Assembly (NCBI GenBank): GCA_032718475.1
Contig: JAUCBJ010001883.1
Location: 5,069 to 69,068, forward strand
Length of the DNA: 64,000 bases
Direction: 5' to 3'
Source of the DNA: Nemertoderma westbladi
Taxonomy: Eukaryota; Animalia; Xenacoelomorpha
Part shown: in pieces, positions 11,455 to 23,435 of the stretch
How positions within the stretch are numbered: position 1 is the first letter of the stretch
Layout of the letters: every line of letters starts with the position of its first letter
The notes under the pieces: model-generated
Databases searched by the model: none
The model's input: the letters and a program-made list of their open reading frames with translations, nothing else
Told to the model about the DNA's origin: nothing
Program-made: the position numbers and the translations under genes

Positions 11455-11491
11455 CTACTAGAGGGAATACAACAGAGTTTATTGTTAGTTG
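11455..11491 (-). promoter_or_regulatory. Putative splice acceptor for ORF3
   Basis: Minus strand CAACTAACAATAAACTCTGTTGTATTCCCTCTAG-TAG: CTAAC branch point, pyrimidine tract and tandem AG about 30 nt before the ORF3 ATG. Confidence 0.55.
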
Positions 11492-12085
11492 TGAGGAGAT
11501 GCGAGAGTTTTCGTCTGCCCTTTTGGCTCGACAACGCTCTAACCTCCTACCCATAGCCTAAGATCTAAGGTTTCTTTAGTGACACACTGTCTTATCTAAA
11601 ATTTTTGCCGAAATAAAAACGAATTTGGGCTAAACTGGCTGTGAGTCTAAAATACTCACTTTTTGATCCCAAACTATTATCAGAAAATAAGCAATCAAGA
11701 GTTAGTAATAAATATAGGGAAGTCTATTATTCGACGTAACTTATTGAAACAAGACCGTGTAAAATTTAATTAAATTTTTAAGAAAGGCTCGCGAGTCTTC
11801 CTTTCTTGTTTCTCTAATTTTAAGTTCCACCCGACTGTACCCTGAAATCTATTCACTGGAGAAAATTTTAAAAATTTTTCAAATCCAAATGGATTGTCTA
11901 AAATTTCGAAAATGTCTCAATATTGTGAGTTCCAAGTAGAATTCCATTTCTTATACCTACAAATCCCGCTCCTATGTGACACATAAGGGTACTACCCTCA
12001 ATGTTCACATATAAAGACAATGGAATTCTACCGCTGTCTTTACTACAGTGTACAGGTATGTGGAAATCTATTTGTAAACTCCTTA

Positions 12086-15000
12086 CTATTTACTAATATT
12101 AGTTGGAGATTTGTAATCTCCAGACTCGTTTCGCGTCTCTTCAAGAAGTACGAGACGTTGTGTCGGTCTGTCTACTGTACGACTGTCAATTGTCCGTACA
12201 GTCACAGTTCTTGTCACACCATCCATAGATGGATGTGTGTCTAAAATTACACCTGTTATCCAGAAGCGTCTTTTTAGATTCACTTCCGCCAACAGCACAT
12301 GATCTCCCGCTCTTAAAGCGCGAGTTTTGTTGTACCAGGTTGTTCTGGCAGAAATAGAGGGCAAATAATGGTTTTGCCATATTTCCCAGAATTTGTTAGC
12401 TAGTAGTTGCGTGATTTTCCACGCTTTTCTACCGTAGCTATCGCCTTCTATTGGAATAGAAATAGGCGTCAAAGTAGTCGGTGCCTGCATAAGCAGGTGT
12501 GCCGGTGTCAAAGCAAATTGGGATTGTTTGTCATCGGGTACTAATACTATTGGTCTAGTATTTAGTATTGCCTCGATTTCAACAAACAATGTTGTCAGTT
12601 GGTCGTCTGTCAATATGTGGTTTACTGGAATTACTTTTGCCATGGCTGTTTTTATAGATCTAATCAATCTCTCCCAGACTCCGCCTCTCCATGGACTGTC
12701 TGGAGGATTAAACTTCCAAACAATCTTGTAAGGACGTAGTTCGTTTGAGATTTGATCATGATCTAAATTCTTAAAGGCTCTAGCAATTTCATTTCGAGCA
12801 CCAACAAAGTTTGTACCTTGGTCTGAGTACGAGCATTTCACTAGTCCGCGTCTAGCGATAAATCGCCTTAATGCTAGTATAAAGGCATTGGTGGAAAGAT
12901 CCATCACACGTTCGATATGAACTGCCCTACTGGACATGCATGTGAAAATCAGTCCCGTTTACTAGTATACGTCCACGTTTCGTATGTATGGGACCAAAGC
13001 AGTCAATTCCAGTCTCTGTGAAAGGTGGTCTGAATGCCTGTAGTCGTGCTTGTGGAAGTTCACTCATTTCTTGGGTACTTATTCTAGAATGTACCTTTTT
13101 ACAAATAATACACATACGTGTCACTGAACTTAACGCTTTACTGGGTCTAATTAATACAAATCTTGTACGTAAATATGAAAGACAGTGGTGTCTTCCAGCG
13201 TGTTTCAGATGTAAATGTGCGTCCAGTATCATTGCACGTTGTAATTCGTGATGCTGCGGTATTATTATTGGGTACCTAAAGTTTGTGTTAAAGTCAATGT
13301 TTTGAAGCCGAGATTTATGACAAATTAAGCCATTATGAATAATCGGACTCCAACTCAGTATTGGTGATGACTTGATTGGTTGACCTTGACTTATAGATGT
13401 GAATTCGCGCGCGAAATATCGCAATTGATAATGCCGAATTAATTTAATTTCACATCTGTCAATCTCAGTCAATGTGAGTCGACGTGTAAAGTCGCGTTTG
13501 CCTTTAACGTATTGTACAAAACGTACAATCCACGCTAATTTTCGGCACGCGTTGGTCCAAGAATCTGTTAGGTTTACAATACGGTCGACGTAAGTATTTG
13601 TGACGTCATCAGGTAAGTCAATGGAGAATTTGGAAGGTTTTGATTTACTAGATGGGCCCACGAGTCCGCCGGTAGGTATTCCCTTGTTGACTGTTGATCC
13701 GTCCGGGTCTACAAGTAATTTGTCCTTCTTTGTTTTCTTACCTTGATTGTCAGTACTTTGTAAGTCGATCGTTAATGGTGGTTTGAACTCTATGGGATCA
13801 CTGGGTTTCGGTAAACTTATTTTTCTGCCGATATTAATCCCAGGTCTCACCGTAGGTTGTAAGGTTGGTATGTCTCTTGAGCGTAAAGTAACACCTGTAT
13901 TTACATTTGCGTAGGTACTACCCACATCTGTAATACATGAGGTTTCACTGTGCTTATGGTTACTCAAGAGTGTTAAGTTTGGTAGTTTGTCATTAGAAGG
14001 CCGCTCCAATAGAGAAACTGCGGCTTTACTATTAGTCAACACATTACTAATGTCTGGTGGAACATTTTGTGACATGTCTGGTAAAATGTTTCGCGGAACA
14101 TCCGGCGAAATATCTAGTGACATGTTTGGCAAAACGTCTGGTTGACCGTCTAGTAACGCGTCTGGTTGTTTGTCATTAGAAGGCCGCTCCAATAGAGAAA
14201 CTGCGGCTTTACTATTTGTCAATATGTTACTAGTGTCTGGTAGAACATTTTGTGATATGTCTGGCAAAATGTCTGGTTGGCTTGTCTAGTAACGTGTCTG
14301 GTTGACCATCTGGCGATACGTCTGGTAACATGTCTGGTTGACCGTCTGGCGATACGTCTGGTAACATATCTGGTTGACCGTCTGGCGATACGTCTGGTTG
14401 AGAAAGGCTCGCAAGTCTTCCTGCCCTAACTTTGTGAGTTATATTCTTCCATTTCGCCTTTGGTTTCTTCTTAAGTTTCGCCGTTGTCCTTTTCTTTGCT
14501 TTACTTTTCTTTGGTTTTTTAATTTCGGCGTCCTCAGGAATAGTGTTAGACTTGTTATCGTATAGTGGCGGCCAATATTGTGTTGCTCTTTGTAAGAATT
14601 GTGGTCCGTGTTGCCAAAATTCTTTGTTCTCCGGTTTACAGAATTCCTCAGGCATCATTCCTCGTGACGCAATATCAGCTGGATTTTGTGGTCCGGGACA
14701 ATGTCGCCAATCTTCCTTTATTGAACGGTCTAGAATTTCTGCACGACGGTTAGCCACGAATGTCTTGAATTCAAGTGTATCGTTGTTTATGTAAAATAAA
14801 ACCAACGTCGCGTCAGTCCAATAAAATATCTGTAAACTTGACTGTAGTTCTGTCTGTATAAGGTTCACGATTGTGGTTGACAGGGTTGCGGCTTGTAGCT
14901 CAGCGCGTGGTGTCGTCATATACTTAGTAGGCATGGTCTTAGCCTTAGAAGTAATGAGCGAAACATCAAACTCGTCTGAGTCTACTTGTCTGCGCAAATA

Positions 15001-18000
15001 CGCTGTCACACCAAAGCCATTGTCACTGGCGTCGGAAAAACAATGTAATTCCAAGTTGTCAGGAAATGTCGTCTGTAATGGAAAGTACACCCGGGGTATG
15101 GAATAATCCTCTAACGAAGATAATTGCGCCTCCCAAGTCTTCCATAAGTCCACTTGTTCGGATGAGATCGGTTCGTCCCATGTCAGTCCATCTTTCCAAA
15201 TACTGCGCATATAAATTCTGGCTTGCAGTATTATTGGGCTGATGAAACCTAATGGATCAAACAGTCTACTTAGTTTCGACAAGCAAGACCTCTTTGTCAG
15301 AGAATCCCCTTCAGCGTCCAGTTTTACTTTCACTCGAAAGTTGTCTGTGTTCGGGTCCCAAAATAGTCCCAACACCTTGGTCGTCGGCAGTGGTTCGAAC
15401 TCTAAGTCAATATCACCACCCCCACGTTCAGTCGTTTCGAATGAATTTACCAATTCAGTGCTGTTTGAGGCAAACTTAGTGAGGTTAAAACCTCCGCCTG
15501 TTAAACAGTCCCGTAATTGATGTGCTACTGTGATAGCACGTTCTACTGTGTCACAACTTTGTAATCCATCGTCCACATAAAAGTCTCGTTCTACGATGTC
15601 GATTATCTCTGGGTCATATATATGTTTCTGATCCCTAGCGGTCTGTTTTAGGGCGTACATAGTGCAATTTGGGCTGTCCCTGGCACCGAAAACGCGAACT
15701 TGCATTTGGTAAGTCGCCGGTGGTAGACTTAAGTCTCCTTCCGGGTACCAGAGGAACCTCAAACTGTCTCTGTCTCGCTCTAACGCTCGCACTTGGTGAA
15801 ACATCGCTTCTACGTCACAAGTAAATGCTACTTGGCGCTGACGGAAGCGCATAATCACCCCCATGAGATAATTATTCATGTTTGGTCCGTCCATCAACTC
15901 ACTGTTGAGAGACATTCCTTCAAACAGGGCCGCGCAGTCGTTAACTACGCGTACTTTATCTGGTTTGTCGGGGTGTCTCACGTAGTGATGTGGCAAATAG
16001 TATGTCTGGTCTGTCACAATCTCTGGGTTTGTCATCCTGATAGCGTACCCTTTTGTCAAATACGTCTCCATCTGAGTATTGTACTGCAGATGGGCTTTCT
16101 CGTCCTTTAATAAACGTTGTCGTATTGAGTGTAGACGTCTTAAAGCTAGCGGATAGTTATTTATGAGTTTAGGACTCTGGTTACGCCATAGCATCCCTAC
16201 CTCATAATGTCCGTCTTTCGTCTGGCGGATAGTATCTTCCATGATCTTCAAAGATTGTTTCTCTTGTTCCGACATACACGGTTCGTAACTACCGGGTTCT
16301 GCTGTATCTTGTTCTAACCACCTGATAGTTTTCTCTGTTAACTCTTTGTCTAATGCAGCTTGTTCCACTTGATGGTTTCCTAACGCGTCATCATCGACGG
16401 GCGTTGTTGAGGTTATTGGTGTAGATAGACTCACAAGCCTTCCGGCGTTATCATCTGTCGTCGATGGAACCTCTGCCTGACTCGTCTTCTTCTTATGCTC
16501 TATACTAACCTTGTGGATAGGCTTCTTTCTGTGACTTATCGTATTTGCTACACACGTCGTACTCGTCGCTTTGTCGTGTTTCGTCGAACGTAGTGTAGTG
16601 TAGTCTATGTCAGGTGAAAAGGAATGAATCGAAGTTGTAGTTAGTAAACTACATGTACTTTGTACATCGTCTTCCTCATCACTTATATCCAGTGTGCGCA
16701 CAGGCGCTCGAGTATACCACCTTATCGGAGTTCTACAGGCGTAAGCGTTTCCCGCTACGACTACCGATGGTCTGGTTTCCCACACTTGATGTAGGTTGAA
16801 TTGGTCCGTCCCGATCAGCATTGCTACCGACCTATAGTTGACAGGACATTCAGGTACACCAAGGTGTCTGAAATACTTACGGTCCTCTAAGGATTGCTCT
16901 GGGACTGGACCTAGTAGGTTACTAAAGTCCTTTATGGCCGCAAAAGTCAAATCCTTAAAAGGTAACAAAGACCTCTCCTTTTCGCTATGTTGCGATTTTG
17001 GAAGAAGAGTGTCCAAGTTTAACTTAACTCGTGTCACTGGTATTGCACGTTGTCCATGCATACTACTTACAGTGTACTTTACGTGTTTACCTTGTCTGAG
17101 ATCTGTGACGACATCAGCTACCTTCTCATCCACGTAGCTGTGAAATGAGGCTGAATCTAGGATAGCGTAGATCCTTTTGCTCCCTTTTGTGCCAGTGATC
17201 TTAACGGGAATTACACTAAAACCCTTTAATTGGTCAGGCGTCAAAAGTGCAATCGATGGTTGTTCGTCTTCATCTGAATATATGTCTTCGTCTTCAGATT
17301 CTTCTCCAGAAGAACCGGATTGTTCTGGGAAGCAATCCCTAATATGTGTCACGAAGGTTGGCGTCGTTCTCGATTCACGTGTTTTGTATGCACTATTGCA
17401 TTTTGCTGCAGCTTCCGGGTGTTCCCTGGTGAAGCGTTTGGTCGGCGTATGACTGTCCGTGTGGAGCAGACCGTCATGGTTGCGTCCACAGTAAGGACAG
17501 GTGTCCGTATTTGGGCAGTCCTTACGGACATGTCCATGTAGCGTACACCGCCAACAAGAATCCAATGGCCGTATTTGCAGTCGTCGTTCCTCCGAGTTCA
17601 ATTCGTGGAATAGTCGACATCCTCTCAGTTTATGGCTAGTATGTGGTTTACCTAGCCATTCGCAATATTGGCAACCGCTAAAAGTCTGTGCTCAGTTGCT
17701 GTCGGGTCTGTTTGGTTCCAATTGGTGCGGATACCTTATTACTGTCTGAAAATTGTCGGGTTTCGGTCGGTGTAGCATAGGTGACCGTCTTTGTAGATGT
17801 CGTTGGTGGTTTCTGTCTGTTTGATGATGGTAAGGTTATTCCTTCCGCCACGATATGTTGGTCCGTGTAGTTCGAACGCGTCTCGACTACTGCCTCTCTA
17901 GATATCAGTAAGTAGACGTCTTCCAACTTCAAGAATCCACCTCTCTCTTCTCGCTGATATTCTATCTTTCGCCACTCCCGACGAAGTCGATGGTGTAATC

Positions 18001-20908
18001 TTCCTATTATTTTCAACAGGACTGTCGGAGTGTTCGCGTAGTCAAGTTGTCCAATCGAGCGTAGTGTAGTAATGGCGTTTTTAATCTCGTCAGCCAATTT
18101 CAGTAAGTCAACGGGTTTTGTAATAGCCCCTCCCTTACAGAGTTCTTCTATTACTGACTTAGCCATACTTACGGTGCCTCCGTAAATCGATGTTAAGCGA
18201 TCGTACGCTAGTTCGAAGGCATCTGGTACACCAACAAAAGTCTCCGCTAGACGTTTCGGTTCTCCCGATAATGTTTGTAACAGGTAGTTGAATTTTTCTC
18301 TCGATGTAAAAGCACACACAGCGATTTGAGATTCAATGTAGTCTACAAAGGTGTGCCAATGTTTAGAGTTGCCGGAAAACTTAGGTGGTTGTTGCACCGG
18401 TAGTCCTTGTCTCGCTGCGAATTTCGCTATTTCTTCAGCAACGTTCAAAGTTTCGCGTCCTGGGTTGGCAACCTGGTTGATGTTCTCCCTTCTTGGCGCT
18501 TTTCTTTGATACGATGTGTTGGTCAATGGTATTTGTCTTTGCGGAACTTTTGGATTTCTATTGTGTTCGAATTCGGAATTTCTCGAACTATCGGAGTGAA
18601 CTTCCTCCAAGCGTTCCTCTATCTGGGCCAACTTGTTGACAACTGGTCGCAGAATGTCGGCAAATTGTTGAGTACTGATTGCGTCCGTTGGTTGTAACGC
18701 CCTTTGTGTTGGTGTATTCTGTGGAGGATTGTCAATAAATGAGTTATCTGAACGCTCACGTTTACATTAGTCGGCCGCTCCTGTTCTAAATACCTCGCGT
18801 TTCGGGTAATCCGACTCACTTGAAGTACTACTGTCACCTGGATACGGTGGTCGATGTGCTCGTGTCCGTTGCGTCGTCCGAATTCTAACGTTTCGCTTCG
18901 GAACATCGTCTACTGGTCTCCTTTGTTCGGTAGGCTCACAGGTCTTCCTCGAAGTCGTAGATTGCAATGTAAACTGGTTAAACGGTCGCGTATCCACTGG
19001 TCTCCGTTGCTCGGTAGGCTCGCAGGTCTTCCTCGAAGTCGTAGATTGCGATGTAAACTGATTAAACGGTGGTCGAGTGACAGCGTTTGAATCTAAAGGC
19101 CTTGTAGGCCTAAACGTCATTGGGTATGTGTAGTGCGTAACGGGTTTTGGTGTCGAAGGTGGACTCACCTGTTTTGTCGTTAGTAGTGCAGGTCCGGTCA
19201 ATAAACTACTACGATCGGCAATCGGTGGGTTACTTACCTTGACTTTCAGAATAGGCGACGACGTTGCTCTTGGCGGTATGAACTTGTCCGGAATAACAAA
19301 CCTGTGTTCCGTCGCACCATGGATAGGAGAAATATTACTACTACCCGCAATCGAAACAGGTTCCTTAGTCGTAACTGGTGCAAACATAGGAGTTACTTGA
19401 GGGAATCTTTGACATAAGTCTTTAACTAGTTGTCTTTCTCGCCAAGGTGCCCCTACACTTCCTTCCTTCATTCGTTCCTGAATTTGGCGGTGCCTTACCT
19501 CTATCTGGTCCAAATCATGTCCGTCACGAGATCTCATCGATCGATCGCGGGATAGAAGATCCAGATTTTCCTTGGCTTCGGCTAGTTCTCTCGCCTTTCT
19601 TTCGAGTTCGAAATGAAGTTTAACTTCCTTCTCGCGTTGTTCCGTCAGTTGTTGTTGCGCCTCGAACTCCGCTTGTCGTATAGCTGATTGAGCCTTTATT
19701 TGCCGTTTTTTCAATTCGGCTTGGGCTTCCGAAACTCGCCTTTGTTCGTCTAACGCTGCCGCTGCCGCTTGTCGTTCCAACTCGGCTGCTGCCGCTTGTC
19801 GTTCCAACTCAGCCGCTGCCGCTGCCGCTGCCGCTGTCGCTGTCGCTTGTCGTTCCAACTCGGCTGCTGCCACTCGTTGCGCTAACTCAGCTGCCGCTGC
19901 TCTTTGTGCTATTTCTAGCTCCAACCTTTCCATCTCAGCCGCTTCCAACTCGGCTTGTTCTTGCAGATGAGAGATTCTCGCAACATTTGCAACGCGTAGC
20001 TTCTCTTCCTCTACAGCCGCTTGTACAGTTAACAATTGAGTTTGTTCTTCCATTTCTCGTTGTTGTCTGTGGTACAGTTGTTGCTGTCTAGAAATTTCTG
20101 ACGTCACTATACTTACCTCGCCAATTTCGCTGCGAATACTCACTAACGATTGGTCCAGTATTTCCGGTGCCGATTCGATTTGTACGGGTAAAGTTCCCCT
20201 CGTATATTCCGGCACGGTTTCCAAATCGCCGACGTCTTCGCCACACATACGTAAGTGATCCGTCAGATGTTTCAGTTGTCCATCCAGTCGGTACAGTTCC
20301 TGTTCTTCCTCGGGCTGTAATAACTCGTCGGAAACCGACTCACCTAGCAACTGGTCCGCTTGTTCCTGTTGTATCTGTCTAATGGTCGTCTTAAACTGAA
20401 TCAGTTTCTCCCTAGCGATCATTAATTTCTCGAGGATTCTAAACTGTGTGTCCATATCCTGTCTCTGTCTAGCTAGATCTTGTAGACCTATTAGATTATC
20501 TACGGACTTATGTACTCTACTCTGTACTCTCACCTGTAGAGTGTAGAACTCGAATCGAGACATCGGAGCGGTCAACTCGTCTAATATGCGTTGGCCTTCT
20601 CCAATACTCCTAGTAATATGCGCCATGTAACCGCCGACGCTTCTAACAACTCTTTCTGTGCTTCCTACTGAACTTACCATCTCCGTTTCCCTATGTCTAG
20701 GTTGCGGGACCGTTAGAAAGTCCTCAGTCCTGCCGTCGCCTCGTACTACGGCATCCGGTACTCCCGTTGGATGTACTGGTGACGCGCACGGTGTATGTTC
20801 GGCAGGCTCGCGAGTCTTCCCCTGTAGTTCTTCCGCTGCTGACTTATCCGCGTCACATGAGTCATAGTCGGTTTGTGTATTCTTCGTATAGTCTTGTTTG
20901 TCACTCAT
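12086..20908 (-). pseudogene. BEL/Pao gag-pol polyprotein, disrupted
   Basis: Coiled-coil Gag N-terminus; Pao Gag core (PPKFSG...EKFNYL); three Cys/His knuckles; protease AILDSAS; RT YLPHH...FYVDD; RNase H FSDAS...NPADIASRG; integrase HHCC and SDQGTNF...GGVWERL. Lesions: in-frame TAA at 18769-18767 and frameshifts near 17685, 14280 and 12957. Confidence 0.93.
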
Positions 20909-21706
20909 TTCGGTAGTTGTAAGTCAAGTAAAGTGAGTGTCAAAGTATCAAACTTACGGTATTTGTATAAAAACGGTATTAATTACAGTCATATAAAATT
21001 AGCCTACCGGCCGATTTTATAGCAGATGGATAAAATTAGCCTAAACGGCCAATTTTACAGCAAATAAATGTCACGGAATAAGTATATAATAAAATTAGCC
21101 TACCGGCCAATTTTATAACAAATAAATCGGATAACGATATGCGTTATCAAAAGGTAAATTAAATACAATAATACGGACTAATTCAGCAATAAACAAAGAA
21201 ATCGTACGGAATGCATAAATACTTGAGACAGTGGAACCCACAATAATTTTAACTAATACGGTAATGCCTAACTTATTTATGCAACTTTTCGAACTCACCC
21301 CCTCCAATGATTCTCCAGAAAAACAGATTCCCAGATACAAACCGGACGTGAACCTTTCCGTTTCCAGCGTTGCGGACGAAGTGCGATTTTCCCAACCAAA
21401 GTTGTTGAGTTATCTATCTCCCAAACTTGCTAAACACGGTCTTGCTCTCGTTACAGTCTAGAAATGAGCTCTGAATCCTGAAAAACAAAAGAGTTAGGTT
21501 TTACTTTTACGAAAATTTTGTACCGGTTCAATATGGTATTTAAACCCCTTTTTTAAACACCGGTATTCAATTCCAAAATATTTTACACGCATTTCAAATC
21601 AAAATTTTATTCAAAATATTAGCACTTAGCTAATCAAATACGAATTTTTACCTCAAAATACAAAATTTTCAAATAATTTTGTTCTGCTGAACCGTAGTTC
21701 AGAAGA

Positions 21707-21718
21707 TCATATTCCTAC
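21707..21718 (-). other. Non-tRNA primer-binding site candidate GTAGGAATATGA
   Basis: Abuts the 5' LTR, lacks the TGG expected for tRNA CCA pairing, and is exactly complementary to LTR positions 22742-22753 and 5951-5962. Confidence 0.6.
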
Positions 21719-23290
21719 TATATGAAGAGACAATAACAAATACACGAATCCTGCAATATCATACTATAGAGTCTGTGAATCAAAGCATAAATCCGACCTT
21801 CTCACCAAAACAGTAAACTCTAAGTAGGCAAACCTATTGCAGTATCGGTCTCTTATAACCGGTGAGGCAGAAAACAGTCTACAAACGGACAAACTTCGAT
21901 AAAACAAAATCCCGCGCAGTGAATCCTAAAATCGGGCTGACTCACTGACGGACTAAAGGCGCTCGTATACTTTGCCGCGGTGTGATTTATATGATGAAAA
22001 AGACGCTAGCTACAAATATAACCAGCGGGAAAATCCGCAGTGTGAACAAATTATTTTATATATTTTGAGGTATAAATAATTCCTAAACGCGCGTGTGTTT
22101 TAATTCATAGGTCAAAATTGATATTTATCCTTCATATACTCTCATTTACTGGGTCCGGCGTTTATTTTACAAATATTCTAATATTTTGGTAACTTGTAGG
22201 TCCAATACTTACAAATAATAAGGCTCCTTCCCCTTTCATGTATTTCCAGGACTCAAATTCAGGCATAGGGTTAATGCTACGCCCAGAATTCGGCAATTTA
22301 ATTTACCAGGTCCCTAATACTAAGAAGAAATGTGTTAGTTTACTACTGTAGGCGTACGGTTACAAATAGCTATCCTGGCTCTTATCTGGAATTTTAGTCA
22401 CCTAGGTAGGCTGGGTAACTTCCTATCAGGACGTTGGCGGGGACACGGTAGGTGTTAGTATCCCTAATAGCCTTAATTTATTTGCGCCTAGTTGTAAACT
22501 GCCCTACCGCCTGAACGGTATAATCTCAATTCAGGGAAATCACAGCAATCCTCTCCTGGCCTACAAGTTCCAACGCAAGCAATAAACACCGTGTACTGCC
22601 GACAAGCCACCAACGCACCTATACCTGACAATGAGTTAGGCGTACAGTTTTGCTGCACCCTACCAATGTACATGCCGGGTAATGGTGTGCCTGTGTCCTA
22701 TCTGCGTACGGGTATCTCTGTCTAACTTTCCTTTTCTCCCCGTAGGAATATGAAGGGGTTCTGCGGGTTTTCCAAGAATTGGGACAATACAGTTCTTAAT
22801 TTAAATTTTGGCGTACAGTGTGTCGCTACTCCTACCATCGATCGTAGGTCTTACACTTAGGTAGCGAAGCATCGAACACTGTCTAACCTTCAGGCGATGG
22901 GCGAATAACTCGAATAGATATTGTGGGCGGTCTCCTGTTCACATTCCCCGATGTTCCCGTTCACTTGCACGACATTGGTTATAATCTAATAACTACAGTC
23001 CCATTGGTTAATCTAGGTACAGACAAATGCAATTTAATTTGTAGCGGTCAATTTAAATGAGTTGAAATTCTGTACAAAAAATAATTCGCACCTACAAGGA
23101 TTCGAACTCAATACCTACTACATATAATTTCCAACGCTCTACCGACTGAGCTGCTGAACCACTTGAATAATCATCGTACAAATAGATATAGTAAATACAA
23201 ATGAGGACTCAATGTAATCTTTTAGCAAAGTTAATTCGAATAAAATAAAATTTTGAAAATCCACGGCATTTATGAGAATATAATTCTATA
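21719..23290 (-). repeat. 5' LTR of the BEL element (1572 bp, lacks the TATA segment)
   Basis: Direct repeat of 4927-6854 with a 355-bp deletion at 22965/22966; tRNA-like cassette at 23087-23160. Confidence 0.95.
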
Positions 23291-23435
23291 ACACAAGCTA
23301 TACCAGTGCCGTTAGGATTAGATAGGGCCACTGAACCCGTATAAATGAAGTTTATTTAATCTTAATGATGGAGAATCGTAAAAAACTTAAACAGTATCTC
23401 TTCAATTCGTAATACCATTGATGTTAAAGTGCCTT

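Larger units (their letters stand above)
4927..23290 (-). mobile_element. Full-length BEL/Pao LTR retrotransposon with an accessory exonuclease ORF
   Basis: Direct LTRs; 5-bp TSD ACACA (4922-4926, 23291-23295); Gag-PR-RT-RH-IN order with Pao-type motifs; PPT-like GGAGCGG next to the 3' LTR. Confidence 0.96.
4536..23310. mobile_element. ~400-bp MITE (8-bp TSD, GG terminus, Merlin-like) whose right TIR is split by the BEL element
   Basis: Left TIR CACTGGTAAAGCTTGTGTGACCATTTT at 4538. Right TIR reconstructs as AAAATGGTT-ACACA-[BEL]-AGCTATACCAGTGCC. TSD GTTAGGAT at 4528-4535 and 23311-23318. Confidence 0.75.

Noticed and set aside
17601-17690. Programmed gag-pol frameshift
   Set aside because: BEL/Pao elements normally have one ORF, the shift falls before the Gag knuckles, no clear slippery heptamer is present, and other lesions show decay. 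Other copies are needed to exclude it fully.
14374-20867. Short plus-strand ORFs overlapping gag-pol, and similar ones over the Gypsy ORFs
   Set aside because: Antisense shadows of long coding frames with no recognisable motifs.
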